Origin: a virus
Lineage: Duplodnaviria > Caudoviricetes
DNA: 60,479 nucleotides
Reading direction: 5' to 3' (one strand)
IMG/VR virus record: IMGVR_UViG_3300048548_000184
Location: 1-60,479 of that record
Both the position numbers and the translations under genes were made by a program. Numbering within the stretch: position 1 is the first letter of the stretch; each line of letters begins with the position of its first letter. Positions 9,109 through 16,972 of the stretch are shown here, in pieces. Under the pieces are notes generated by a model, which worked only from the letters and a program-made list of their open reading frames with translations, had not been told where the DNA came from and did no database searches.

Positions 9109-9585
9109 TTACCATTTACCTTGGGTGAGACCTAACCAATACACTAAAGCTCCCATTCCACATATTGCAATGCTTGTTATTAAAATACCAAAAGTCCAAG
9201 CAATGAATTTTTCTTTCATTTCTTGGGCGGCATAAACCGCCTCTTTTTGCTGTTTCCTCATTACACCTTCTAAGTGTACAATTTCTTTCCAGGCAGATGG
9301 TCCGTAGACTGCTGATATATAAGATCGAAGTTCCTCACGCATTTCGTCTGCTTTTTTCTTGTGCATCCACACTTCAACAGCATTAGCCTGTACTCCACCA
9401 CCAAGTTTTTTATACCAAGCAGGTTTTTCAGCTTTGGAGTGGGCGTAGTCTAGATCACTTATAGCCTTTCCCCATTGTCCTAGTTGACCTGCCATATCTT
9501 GGATATCTTTTCCAGTTGCTATCATTGTCTTTATAGAATTGAATGCACCTGTCGCTAATCCGATAGCCGTTACTGGATCTATCAT
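9109..9585 (-). CDS. membrane-anchored protein (MIDPVTA... start; C-terminal TM)
   Basis: AGGAG RBS before ATG at 9585; coiled coil then hydrophobic C-terminus. Confidence 0.7.
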   Translation of the reverse strand: MIDPVTAIGLATGAFNSIKTMIATGKDIQDMAGQLGQWGKAISDLDYAHSKAEKPAWYKKLGGGVQANAVEVWMHKKKADEMREELRSYISAVYGPSAWKEIVHLEGVMRKQQKEAVYAAQEMKEKFIAWTFGILITSIAICGMGALVYWLGLTQGKW

Positions 9586-9604
9586 ATCTGTTCTCCTATG
9601 GTGC

Positions 9605-10024
9605 TTAGTCTTCTTTAGAGCCGCCTTTACCTTTTGAATATGCTTGTGCTCCGAAGAACGCAGCAACCAAACCCGCAATAGCAACAAAGTAAGTCGGTGC
9701 AATGTCGCCAACTATTTGTGCAGCACTATCAATCCCTAATACGGATGTAATCATGATGAGTACAGGGTACAGAAGCATGCCCCAAAGTGCGAACCATGCC
9801 ATAGATCTAATCTGATCTTCCTTGGCATCCTCATTCTCTTGCATCTTCTTTTTGTGTTCCCACTCTGCTATTTCTTTGGCACGTGCCATTTCCTCATCTG
9901 TGATAATTCCATCCCCATCCGCATCTAGATGAGCATAGATGCTATCAGCTTGCATCATTTTAGCTTCTTGTTTTTTAGACTCTTTGGTTGCCATTTCTAC
10001 TCCAAACGCATTTTTGTCAGCCAT
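9605..10024 (-). CDS. EF-hand plus two-TM membrane protein, holin-like candidate
   Basis: DADGDGIITDEE EF-hand loop, two hydrophobic helices ending AAFFGAQAYSK; start may be 9994. Confidence 0.6.
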   Translation of the reverse strand: MADKNAFGVEMATKESKKQEAKMMQADSIYAHLDADGDGIITDEEMARAKEIAEWEHKKKMQENEDAKEDQIRSMAWFALWGMLLYPVLIMITSVLGIDSAAQIVGDIAPTYFVAIAGLVAAFFGAQAYSKGKGGSKED

Positions 10025-10274
10025 CGGATTCTTCGATGACTAATACTTCTTGTGACGAATTGCCACCGGCCATTACAGCTTCACTAAACTCTGCTGCTGC
10101 CCAAGTCATTACAAGTATTCCGACTAGCCCAATAGCTACCCATTTCATTTTCATATCATCTACGATCATCTTAATGCCGATCATCTCGTTTCCTAGAACT
10201 CTAAACTGAAGTTCCATTTTTCCCTCAGGGGTGTCTTCATCTCTAACTACATTAGGTAATTTTTCTTCAGCCAT
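10017..10274 (-). CDS. small membrane protein
   Basis: AGGAG RBS, one TM segment (WVAIGLVGILVMTWAAA). Confidence 0.6.
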   Translation of the reverse strand: MAEEKLPNVVRDEDTPEGKMELQFRVLGNEMIGIKMIVDDMKMKWVAIGLVGILVMTWAAAEFSEAVMAGGNSSQEVLVIEESDG

Positions 10275-10297
10275 TTCATTCTCCTTCATATTTTAAT

Positions 10298-10305
10298 TAT
10301 TTATA
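10298..10305 (-). promoter_or_regulatory. T4-type late promoter TATAAATA
   Basis: TATTTATA on + strand directly upstream of the minus-strand membrane operon. Confidence 0.65.
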
Positions 10306-10316
10306 AAAAAAGACAC

Positions 10317-10345
10317 TTGACATCATGATAAATATCAAGTATAGT
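10317..10345 (+). promoter_or_regulatory. sigma70-type promoter
   Basis: TTGACA-17 nt-TATAGT. Confidence 0.7.
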
Positions 10346-10355
10346 AGATTTTATA

Positions 10356-10835
10356 ATGAGTAGAAAAATAAACATAATAAGTGGAATAATGTCCATGACA
10401 GTTGTAGCAGGTGTTGTTGCTGCAGCTATGATGACCACACCTACTGTAGATGTTAAAGAGCACGAATGTCTTGCCATGAACATCTATCATGAATCAAGGG
10501 GTGAAAGAATAGAAGGTCAGATAGCTGTTGCTCAAGTCACGATCAATCGTGTAAATCATGAAGAGTGGCCCTCTTCTATTTGTGAAGTCGTTTATCAACC
10601 ATATCAGTTTAGTTGGACCCATCTAATAAAAGATCCTTCTCCGATAGATCCTAAATCATGGAATAACGCTAAAGTTATTGCTAGAGACGTTATGATTGGT
10701 AACGTTGAAGATCCTAGTCTAGGGGCAGTCTTTTATCATGCTAATTGGGTGAACCCTGATTGGGCAGATCAGATGGAGCTATCTAAAGTTATTGGTAATC
10801 ATTTATTTTATACATGGGATGGAGTTTGGGATTGA
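10356..10835 (+). CDS. cell wall hydrolase, SleB/Hydrolase_2 family
   Basis: CLAMNIYHESRGE, GQIAVAQVTINRV, ICEVVYQPYQFSW, GAVFYHA, IGNHLFY; N-terminal TM. Confidence 0.92.
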   Translation: MSRKINIISGIMSMTVVAGVVAAAMMTTPTVDVKEHECLAMNIYHESRGERIEGQIAVAQVTINRVNHEEWPSSICEVVYQPYQFSWTHLIKDPSPIDPKSWNNAKVIARDVMIGNVEDPSLGAVFYHANWVNPDWADQMELSKVIGNHLFYTWDGVWD

Positions 10836-10990
10836 TTTCAACTGAATTAGAATGTTTTATGTCGGAGATTGGGATTAAAGAAGAGTCTCCTAAAAAACCA
10901 GATATCGTATGGCCTGAGGTCAAAGAAGATTTAACTAAAATATCAAAAGGATGGAAACCAAGTTATGCCGGAGAAGAACCACCCTTCTGA
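10832..10990 (+). CDS. small protein ending GEEPPF (52 aa)
   Basis: Read from sequence; GGAG 7 nt before TTG start; fills gap between neighbours. Confidence 0.55.
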   Translation: MISTELECFMSEIGIKEESPKKPDIVWPEVKEDLTKISKGWKPSYAGEEPPF

Positions 10991-10991
10991 T

Positions 10992-11216
10992 ATGTTCGTC
11001 TCTCCCTGTCAAAGCAAATGTCAACTAGATGCTTTTACAGGTGAGTGTATAGGATGTGGCAGAACTTCAAGAGAGATTGCTACATGGACTAGAATGTCTC
11101 ACTATGAGCGCATGCAAGTAATGAAGAGGCTTGGCTATGGAAAACGAACTACAACGCAAAATAGAATGGCTAGAGAAGCGGCACGAAGAAACGCACCTAA
11201 TGGTAGAGGGGATTGA
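10992..11216 (+). CDS. DUF1289-like Cys-rich protein
   Basis: SPCQSKC...CIGCGRTSREIATW motif. Confidence 0.8.
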   Translation: MFVSPCQSKCQLDAFTGECIGCGRTSREIATWTRMSHYERMQVMKRLGYGKRTTTQNRMAREAARRNAPNGRGD

Positions 11217-11352
11217 GCAAGATCGTAGGCTTGATCGAAGTACCAAGGCGCAAACCCTCCTTCGACAAGCTAAAAAAGAAAAGCTTAGATTGAAGGATCA
11301 TATCGCATGGATGAAAAAACTAGAAAAGAAGCTAACCGACTCAACTGGATAG
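11137..11352 (+). CDS. DUF465/YdcH-like coiled-coil protein
   Basis: LEKRH...LRQAKKEKLRLKDHI motif. Confidence 0.6.
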   Translation: MENELQRKIEWLEKRHEETHLMVEGIEQDRRLDRSTKAQTLLRQAKKEKLRLKDHIAWMKKLEKKLTDSTG

Positions 11353-11507
11353 TCAAAGGAATGCTTATTCCTGAATCTGAAAGTGACTTTGTTGTAGAGC
11401 AAATATATCATTCTTATTTCAAACGAAAATGGGGTAATCATGAGAATGGAATTCACACAGACGGTTTTGAAGAAGCGTATGAAGCTAGAAGAGCGGAAAA
11501 AGGGTAA
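11307..11507 (+). CDS. hypothetical protein
   Basis: ORF track. Confidence 0.5.
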   Translation: MDEKTRKEANRLNWIVKGMLIPESESDFVVEQIYHSYFKRKWGNHENGIHTDGFEEAYEARRAEKG

Positions 11508-11589
11508 GTGGGTTCTCTTTGATGCCAATGATAAGATTGTTGTCATAACAACTGATAAATATATCATAAAGCGTATTATATCTAAATAG
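11479..11589 (+). CDS. small hypothetical protein (36 aa)
   Basis: Read from sequence: MKLEERKKGKWVLFDANDKIVVITTDKYIIKRIISK*. Confidence 0.4.
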   Translation: MKLEERKKGKWVLFDANDKIVVITTDKYIIKRIISK

Positions 11590-11597
11590 GATTAAAA

Positions 11598-12080
11598 ATG
11601 AAAAACGAAGGAAAGAAACTTTGGAAAAAGGTAAAGAAAATGGATCTAGGTAATCCTGCAATCACGGCTCTAGTAGGGCTTGTTATTTTTTATATCGGAC
11701 TTAAAACATTCTCAGGTGGAATGAAGTCTATGGGTAATATGGAACATCTAACTTGGTTTCTTGGTAATCCTTTGTACATGTTCTTTGGTGGGATAGCTAT
11801 GACATTATTGTGGCAGTCATCATCATTATCTACTACTGCTATCATTGCATTAGTCGCATCAGGTGCCTTACCACTTCCTGCTGCCATTGCCTGTGTTCTT
11901 GGAGCAAACCTTGGTACAACAGGAACCATTTGGTTAGCAGGATTATTCGTATCAGATGGTATGCCAAAAGGAGACACACTTAGGATTGCTATGGCACATA
12001 CTGGTATGAACTTATTGATGGCATTAATGCTATTGCCTTTCGTAGGACGCATTGCTCAACTTCTAGCACGTGTGACATAA
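11598..12080 (+). CDS. Na+/phosphate cotransporter family protein (single-repeat, short form)
   Basis: TLLWQSSSLST (QSSS signature), LGANLGTT, AMAH; highly hydrophobic. Confidence 0.85.
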   Translation: MKNEGKKLWKKVKKMDLGNPAITALVGLVIFYIGLKTFSGGMKSMGNMEHLTWFLGNPLYMFFGGIAMTLLWQSSSLSTTAIIALVASGALPLPAAIACVLGANLGTTGTIWLAGLFVSDGMPKGDTLRIAMAHTGMNLLMALMLLPFVGRIAQLLARVT

Positions 12081-12102
12081 TAACCACATAAAATAATAAG
12101 AT

Positions 12103-12141
12103 AAAAGGGGGGTTGACTATACTCCCCTTTTTTGATATAAG
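12103..12141 (+). promoter_or_regulatory. terminator-like hairpin containing the -35 of the ssrA promoter
   Basis: AAAAGGGGG..CCCCTTTTTT stem enclosing TTGACT (12113); TATAAG at 12136, 17 nt spacer. Confidence 0.65.
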
Positions 12142-12148
12142 TATATCT

Positions 12149-12463
12149 GTTAACGTTGAAGCAACGTAGACACATACTGGACTTGGGGGCAGTACCCAAC
12201 GCCTCCACCATAAATGCACTGCGTCCTGCTGCAACAGGAAGTTTTGCAGAACATAGATGGCCCGAATGGGTGGTCGAAGTTAGTGCATTTATGATGGGGG
12301 CGAACTAGGATCGACAGGTGTGAAAGTGAAGTGGAGTTAACCGTGGTGACTGACGATATTAGGTCAACAAACTAAATGCAAACGATAACTTTGCACCATC
12401 TGGTTACGCACTAGCTGCATAACACAGGGGGTTGGCTACTTACCTAGCAACAGAAAAGTAGCA
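12149..12463 (+). ncRNA. ssrA: two-piece (circularly permuted) tmRNA, alphaproteobacterial type
   Basis: 3' acceptor half CGCCTCC-A-CCA ending at 12210 precedes the 5' half GGGGGCGAACTAGGATCGAC at 12296; acceptor stem with G3:U wobble; tag 12378-12422 ANDNFAPSGYALAA*; ends approximate. Confidence 0.93.
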
Positions 12464-12489
12464 GATTAACAACTAAGGGAACGAAACAT

Positions 12490-12726
12490 ATGGAAATTCT
12501 AACAAAGGTAAAATCGTGGGCAAGCAATCTTGCTGATGTAGGTATCAGCATTGCAGCTTTGATGATCGTAGTAGAAGTACTAGGTCTTGGGGCTATCCCA
12601 TTTTTCCCTGAAACAAGTGTAGTCGCTAATGTAAGCGGTATGCTTGGTACTCTAGGCGCTGAAGGTCTAATGGGCTTGATCGCTATCTGGGTTCTATATG
12701 CTATTTGGAACAAATCACAAGCTTAA
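12490..12726 (+). CDS. small two-TM membrane protein
   Basis: Hydrophobic ORF with RBS. Confidence 0.7.
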   Translation: MEILTKVKSWASNLADVGISIAALMIVVEVLGLGAIPFFPETSVVANVSGMLGTLGAEGLMGLIAIWVLYAIWNKSQA

Positions 12727-12744
12727 AATAAGGAAAGAAAAATA

Positions 12745-13137
12745 ATGAAAATTGCAGCAATCACAGCAGCAGCACTATTAGCAGCAACATCAGTCTCAGC
12801 AAATGAGATTGGCGCAACTGGCATCACTTGGGGTGTAGAAACAGAAGCAGCATACACAATCAATGACGCAGCAGGTGCTGACGTAGAAGATTTTGGCGTA
12901 AAGGTAACTCCTGAAATCGGATACACAATGTTTGGTGTAGGTATTACAGCAGACATGGATCTGCCTGTATATAACAACGAAGAGTTTAAACTGGACCAAG
13001 CCTTCGATAATCCAAAAATTAACTTGGGTGCAACATACGAAGTATTTGGTGGACTTGAGTTGTTTGGTGAAACAACATGGGATGTAGACGCATCTGATAC
13101 GGTAAGCTCAAAAGTAGGTGCTACCTTCAGCTTCTGA
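12745..13137 (+). CDS. outer-membrane beta-barrel / porin-like protein
   Basis: Signal peptide, alternating beta-strands, C-terminal VGATFSF beta-signal. Confidence 0.75.
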   Translation: MKIAAITAAALLAATSVSANEIGATGITWGVETEAAYTINDAAGADVEDFGVKVTPEIGYTMFGVGITADMDLPVYNNEEFKLDQAFDNPKINLGATYEVFGGLELFGETTWDVDASDTVSSKVGATFSF

Positions 13138-13177
13138 TATGCTATATACTATTAGGGTCACTACTTAATAAGTGCGT

Positions 13178-13205
13178 GAGGGGCCATGGTTAGCCCCTCT
13201 TTTTT
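13178..13205 (+). terminator. rho-independent terminator
   Basis: GAGGGGC-CATGGTTA-GCCCCTC followed by T-run. Confidence 0.75.
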
Positions 13206-13218
13206 ATTTGAGGTTGCA

Positions 13219-13713
13219 ATGCATATTGAAGTATTAGAAGAAATAGATCATAAAAAGATTTTAGAAGAAGCCAACACCGTTAAAGTTATGTCGGGAAAAG
13301 GATGGGCTAATATTGGTCAAGTAGGAATCCAAGGACACAAGCCAAACCTAGATCCTATGACTGAATACAAATCTTCTATTGGTAGAGTAAGCAAGTTGCA
13401 ATACCCTGAAACTTACTTTAAATACTCTTTGTTTGAGATCCCAACAATAAACAGATTGATGGAAAAGTATGGGATGCTACGTACAAGGATTATGCAGAGT
13501 ACTCCAAAGACTTGCCTGTCATTTCATCAAGATATGAGCAAGCGCATACACATACCTCTCATAACAAACGATGATTGTGTGATGATAATAGAAGATAGGG
13601 TTTATAACCTTGAAGTCGGGAAAGTATATTTAACAAACACAACTCTACGCCATACTGCAGTAAATGCATCTATGAATCCTAGAGTTCATATAGTAGGATG
13701 TGTTTACAGCTAG
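13219..13713 (+). CDS. Asp/Asn beta-hydroxylase-like 2OG-Fe(II) oxygenase
   Basis: RTRIM...LSFHQD...RIHIPLITN...HTAVN...RVHIV. Confidence 0.8.
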   Translation: MHIEVLEEIDHKKILEEANTVKVMSGKGWANIGQVGIQGHKPNLDPMTEYKSSIGRVSKLQYPETYFKYSLFEIPTINRLMEKYGMLRTRIMQSTPKTCLSFHQDMSKRIHIPLITNDDCVMIIEDRVYNLEVGKVYLTNTTLRHTAVNASMNPRVHIVGCVYS

Positions 13714-13722
13714 GAGACTATT

Positions 13723-14070
13723 ATGTTAAAGAAAATAGCGTTAGCGTTAGGGCTAATGACAACAGCAGCAAATGCAGATATGATACAGATACAGGTTCCT
13801 TGTGATCCTTCACCAGTAGTGTATGACTTAATGAGAGTGTATAAGAACGGTTTACTTCTTCAAGGACAAGGTACTATTAAGTCTGAAAAGGGTGATGTAT
13901 TCACTTCTGCCACACAGATTTTTATCAATCAAGATACAGGAACCATGGCAGTTATTATCTCTTTTCCAAATGAAGATAAACCACCAATGTCTTGTTTGAT
14001 AATCGCAGGGTCTAAGTTTGAACCTTATGGTGGACCACAACCTTGGGATAAAAAGAAAGAAGAACTGTAA
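13723..14070 (+). CDS. exported hypothetical protein
   Basis: Signal peptide ending ANA-D; Cys pair. Confidence 0.7.
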   Translation: MLKKIALALGLMTTAANADMIQIQVPCDPSPVVYDLMRVYKNGLLLQGQGTIKSEKGDVFTSATQIFINQDTGTMAVIISFPNEDKPPMSCLIIAGSKFEPYGGPQPWDKKKEEL

Positions 14071-14246
14071 TGTGGGTTTTGTTGTTTGTATATCTTTATG
14101 ATACAGTTCCGTATGTAGAAGTACACAGTCAACATACTTCTATGATAAAATGTTTTCAAGCTAGAGAAGCTTTAGGCGCAGAGTTATCAGGATCGCCAGG
14201 CTACTTTCCTGATGGTCAACAAGCTTTGTGTGTTAGAAAAGTATAA
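14070..14246 (+). CDS. small hypothetical protein (58 aa)
   Basis: Read from sequence: MWVLLFVYLY...CFQARE...QALCVRKV*; coupled TAATG. Confidence 0.6.
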   Translation: MWVLLFVYLYDTVPYVEVHSQHTSMIKCFQAREALGAELSGSPGYFPDGQQALCVRKV

Positions 14247-14249
14247 ATA
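14242..14249 (+). promoter_or_regulatory. T4-type late promoter
   Basis: TATAAATA upstream of the exported-protein operon. Confidence 0.7.
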
Positions 14250-14272
14250 GGAATAAATAGGGAGATTATATA

Positions 14273-14842
14273 ATGCTTAGAATGGTTATTATGATAGTTG
14301 CGTTTGTTGCCGCATGTGCTCCTGCACACGCACAAGAAGCTACTGATGATGTTATCTACACAGATAATAATAACACAAGCACTGTAGATTCTACATCAGA
14401 CTCGACAACTAAAGTAATCTCTCCACCACCTTCTGCTATTTCTCCTTCTATCAATAGCGCCAACTCTGATCTGTGTACCGTAGGTGTATCAGGGGCAGTG
14501 CAAACTCAGATACTTGGGTTTTCCACAGGACAAACAGTAAGGGATATGAATTGTGAAAAACTAAAAAATGCTAAGACTCTTTATGACATGGGCATGAAAG
14601 TTGCAGCAGTATCTGTGATGTGTGGAGATCCTAGAGTATTTGAAGCGATGATGAATGCAGGTACTCCTTGTCCATATGATGGTATGGTTGGAGAAGAAGC
14701 AAAAGCGGCATGGATTGCCAATAAAGAAAATCAACCTACTGAGGTAGGCGAAAAGAAAGGTCTAGATCTAAGTGAAGACGAAAAGTCAACTCTTTGGGGC
14801 AGCGGCGTTGTTGCTGGTCTCTTCTTCTTACTGTTACTCTGA
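14273..14842 (+). CDS. exported Cys-rich protein with C-terminal membrane anchor
   Basis: Signal peptide, PPPSAISP, DLCTVGVSGAVQTQILGFSTG, NCEKLK, AGTPCP, C-terminal hydrophobic tail. Confidence 0.75.
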   Translation: MLRMVIMIVAFVAACAPAHAQEATDDVIYTDNNNTSTVDSTSDSTTKVISPPPSAISPSINSANSDLCTVGVSGAVQTQILGFSTGQTVRDMNCEKLKNAKTLYDMGMKVAAVSVMCGDPRVFEAMMNAGTPCPYDGMVGEEAKAAWIANKENQPTEVGEKKGLDLSEDEKSTLWGSGVVAGLFFLLLL

Positions 14843-15665
14843 CGTAACATATGGAGTGACCAACAACGCAGCAATCAATGGACTATCTTGGTCTATGGGT
14901 ACAGTCTTACCCGACTCGTCTGCACCCTATGCAAGTGTTGATATTAACGGATTAACCTACCAATACACTATGGAAAAAGATCCTACTTCTGATGCAAAGG
15001 TTCACGTGAGAAATGAAGATGCTATAAATGGTGGATATGTTTTCGAAGAGACTGATGATTGGTCGGGAAGACATGGTGCAACCATTCGTAAGTATTTTAG
15101 GTTTCCATGGAGTAGTTCAATGTATTGGGGTGATGGTGAGTTTGCCTTAGAGGGTGAAGGTGAAGTTAAAGATCCCATTATGCTATATAACTATCGACTA
15201 GATATTGATGAACAAATGATGAAGTGTATGAATCCTCTTGCAGATCCAAGTTGTCCTGGTTTTGCAGAGGCTTTGGCAGCATACTTAGAGAACCTAGAAG
15301 ATCCTAGTGCTGACGATCCTTTTTATGATGAGTGGGTACAGGCTAACCTTTCGTTAAATGAAGAACCAGAACAAGAAGAAGCAGAAGTACAAGAAGAACC
15401 TGAAGACGAAGGTATAGAAGATTTAAATGGTGATATTACATTGGAGAAGTTAAACTCTAATGATCAGAATAGAATGTTAGCAAAGTTAACAAATACAGAG
15501 ATCCTTCAGTCTTATTATGTATTCGATATTGAAGGTGGTGAATATAAAGACACTGTGGTGTTACAAGATAATGTAATAACAGATAATAGAAGAGCGTTGA
15601 GTAATTTAGCATCAGATGCTAATCATAGAAAGATGGTTCGCTCACAGTATGATAGAGAACAATAA
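14772..15665 (+). CDS. exported protein (beta-rich domain, CMNPLADPSCPG, acidic linker)
   Basis: GTG start, signal peptide. Confidence 0.7.
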   Translation: MKTKSQLFGAAALLLVSSSYCYSDVTYGVTNNAAINGLSWSMGTVLPDSSAPYASVDINGLTYQYTMEKDPTSDAKVHVRNEDAINGGYVFEETDDWSGRHGATIRKYFRFPWSSSMYWGDGEFALEGEGEVKDPIMLYNYRLDIDEQMMKCMNPLADPSCPGFAEALAAYLENLEDPSADDPFYDEWVQANLSLNEEPEQEEAEVQEEPEDEGIEDLNGDITLEKLNSNDQNRMLAKLTNTEILQSYYVFDIEGGEYKDTVVLQDNVITDNRRALSNLASDANHRKMVRSQYDREQ

Positions 15666-15678
15666 AGGAATAAAAATA

Positions 15679-16179
15679 ATGTTCAAATCTATTTTAACAA
15701 TGAGTAGTATAGCACTAATGACTACTGTAGCATTCGCAGAAAGCACTCCTATTATAGGCAACGTGTCATCAAAGTGTACAATCTGGACAGACACTGCAGG
15801 TGTTTATGGTAACCCAAGTCCTGATAATCTGAGCACTGCTTCAAGTGATGGTGGTGTGCAGCCTATAATTAGATATGATGTGTCAATTGCAGACTACTAC
15901 ACTGCAAAAATATCTTGGCCTAACGCATTTTCGTCTAGTCCAAGTCTAACAGACTCTCTTACATGGGATGGTGAAATAGAAGTGCATAACACTTCAGATG
16001 CAGGTATGTCAGGGTATGAAGCGGCAAAGGTAGAGTATGACAACCATACTGAATATGATCTTAGCGTAGCAGGTTCTACGTGGTTTAAAGTCACTTCAAC
16101 AGTTGACTATGGACAAGGTAAATCATTGCCCGGTGGTGAGTATACTGCAAATGTAACTGCTGAGTGTATTGCAGACTAA
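15679..16179 (+). CDS. exported Ig-fold pilin/fimbrial-subunit-like protein
   Basis: Signal peptide AFA-E; N-terminal GNVSSKC and C-terminal LPGGEYTANVTAEC, reminiscent of chaperone-usher/Csu-type pilins. Confidence 0.55.
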   Translation: MFKSILTMSSIALMTTVAFAESTPIIGNVSSKCTIWTDTAGVYGNPSPDNLSTASSDGGVQPIIRYDVSIADYYTAKISWPNAFSSSPSLTDSLTWDGEIEVHNTSDAGMSGYEAAKVEYDNHTEYDLSVAGSTWFKVTSTVDYGQGKSLPGGEYTANVTAECIAD

Positions 16180-16181
16180 AT

Positions 16182-16550
16182 ATGAAGTATTTTATTATTG
16201 CTTTGTTATGCGCCTCTGTAGTTAATAGTCATGAGTTTACACCAACTTATCCTAAGTTCACATCATCTTATGTGGACAATGTTATGACAACAAGAATGAA
16301 GTTGTTTAACAAAAGAAGGGAGATCTTATATTATGAGATTGGTGTCTTTGATGCGGAGTGGAATCCGCTTTCATTTGCTTCTGAAACAAAAATAGTTAAT
16401 GTTGAATATTTAGGCACAAAGAGTATAGATATATACATAAAGAACACTGATTTGAATAGAGTAGAGTATATATGTTCTATATCTAAAATAATAAAAGGAA
16501 CTGTAAAATCTTCAGGTGTAAAATCTAAGATATGTTCTAGAGTAAAGTGA
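16182..16550 (+). CDS. exported Ig-fold protein, pilus-chaperone-like
   Basis: Signal peptide; HEFTPTY...MKLFN...YYEIGVFD pattern resembling PapD-like N-domains; C-terminal Cys pair. Confidence 0.5.
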   Translation: MKYFIIALLCASVVNSHEFTPTYPKFTSSYVDNVMTTRMKLFNKRREILYYEIGVFDAEWNPLSFASETKIVNVEYLGTKSIDIYIKNTDLNRVEYICSISKIIKGTVKSSGVKSKICSRVK

Positions 16551-16558
16551 GATGAAAT

Positions 16559-16969
16559 GTGAGACTTTTACCGTTGATATTTTTGGTGACAGGATCAGCA
16601 GTTTTTGCTGAGTCTAGTTCATTGAACTTGGCACTTCCCAGTGTTCCACAAAACTATCAATCGGACAAGTTTCGTGCAGGTGAGTTGGATTGTTCGAATG
16701 CGATTGGATCTGCTACCAATCTAGAGTTTGGTGTTACAGGTCTCATCAGAGATGACGATCCATATAATAATAATAGAGATCCTTTATATAATAGTAACTC
16801 TACAGATGTTGGTGTGTATGCTAGGATTACTGTTCCACTAGGACAAAAGGCAAGAAGCCGTATTGATTGTAATGCATTATATGAACTTGAACTTAAGAAG
16901 AAAAGATTAGAAGTTCTTAAACTAGAGAACGAAATTAGACAGTTAAAAAAATTACAGTTTGAGGATTAG
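16559..16969 (+). CDS. exported protein with Cys-flanked beta-hairpin and C-terminal coiled coil
   Basis: Signal peptide; LDC...LEFGVTG...VGVYARITVPLG...IDC then heptad helix. Confidence 0.7.
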   Translation: MRLLPLIFLVTGSAVFAESSSLNLALPSVPQNYQSDKFRAGELDCSNAIGSATNLEFGVTGLIRDDDPYNNNRDPLYNSNSTDVGVYARITVPLGQKARSRIDCNALYELELKKKRLEVLKLENEIRQLKKLQFED

Positions 16970-16972
16970 GAT

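Noticed and set aside
11540-11567. Possible Pho box upstream of the Na/Pi cotransporter (TTGTCAT...)
   Set aside because: Only one good half-site, the 11-bp periodicity is not kept, and it lies in a small ORF.
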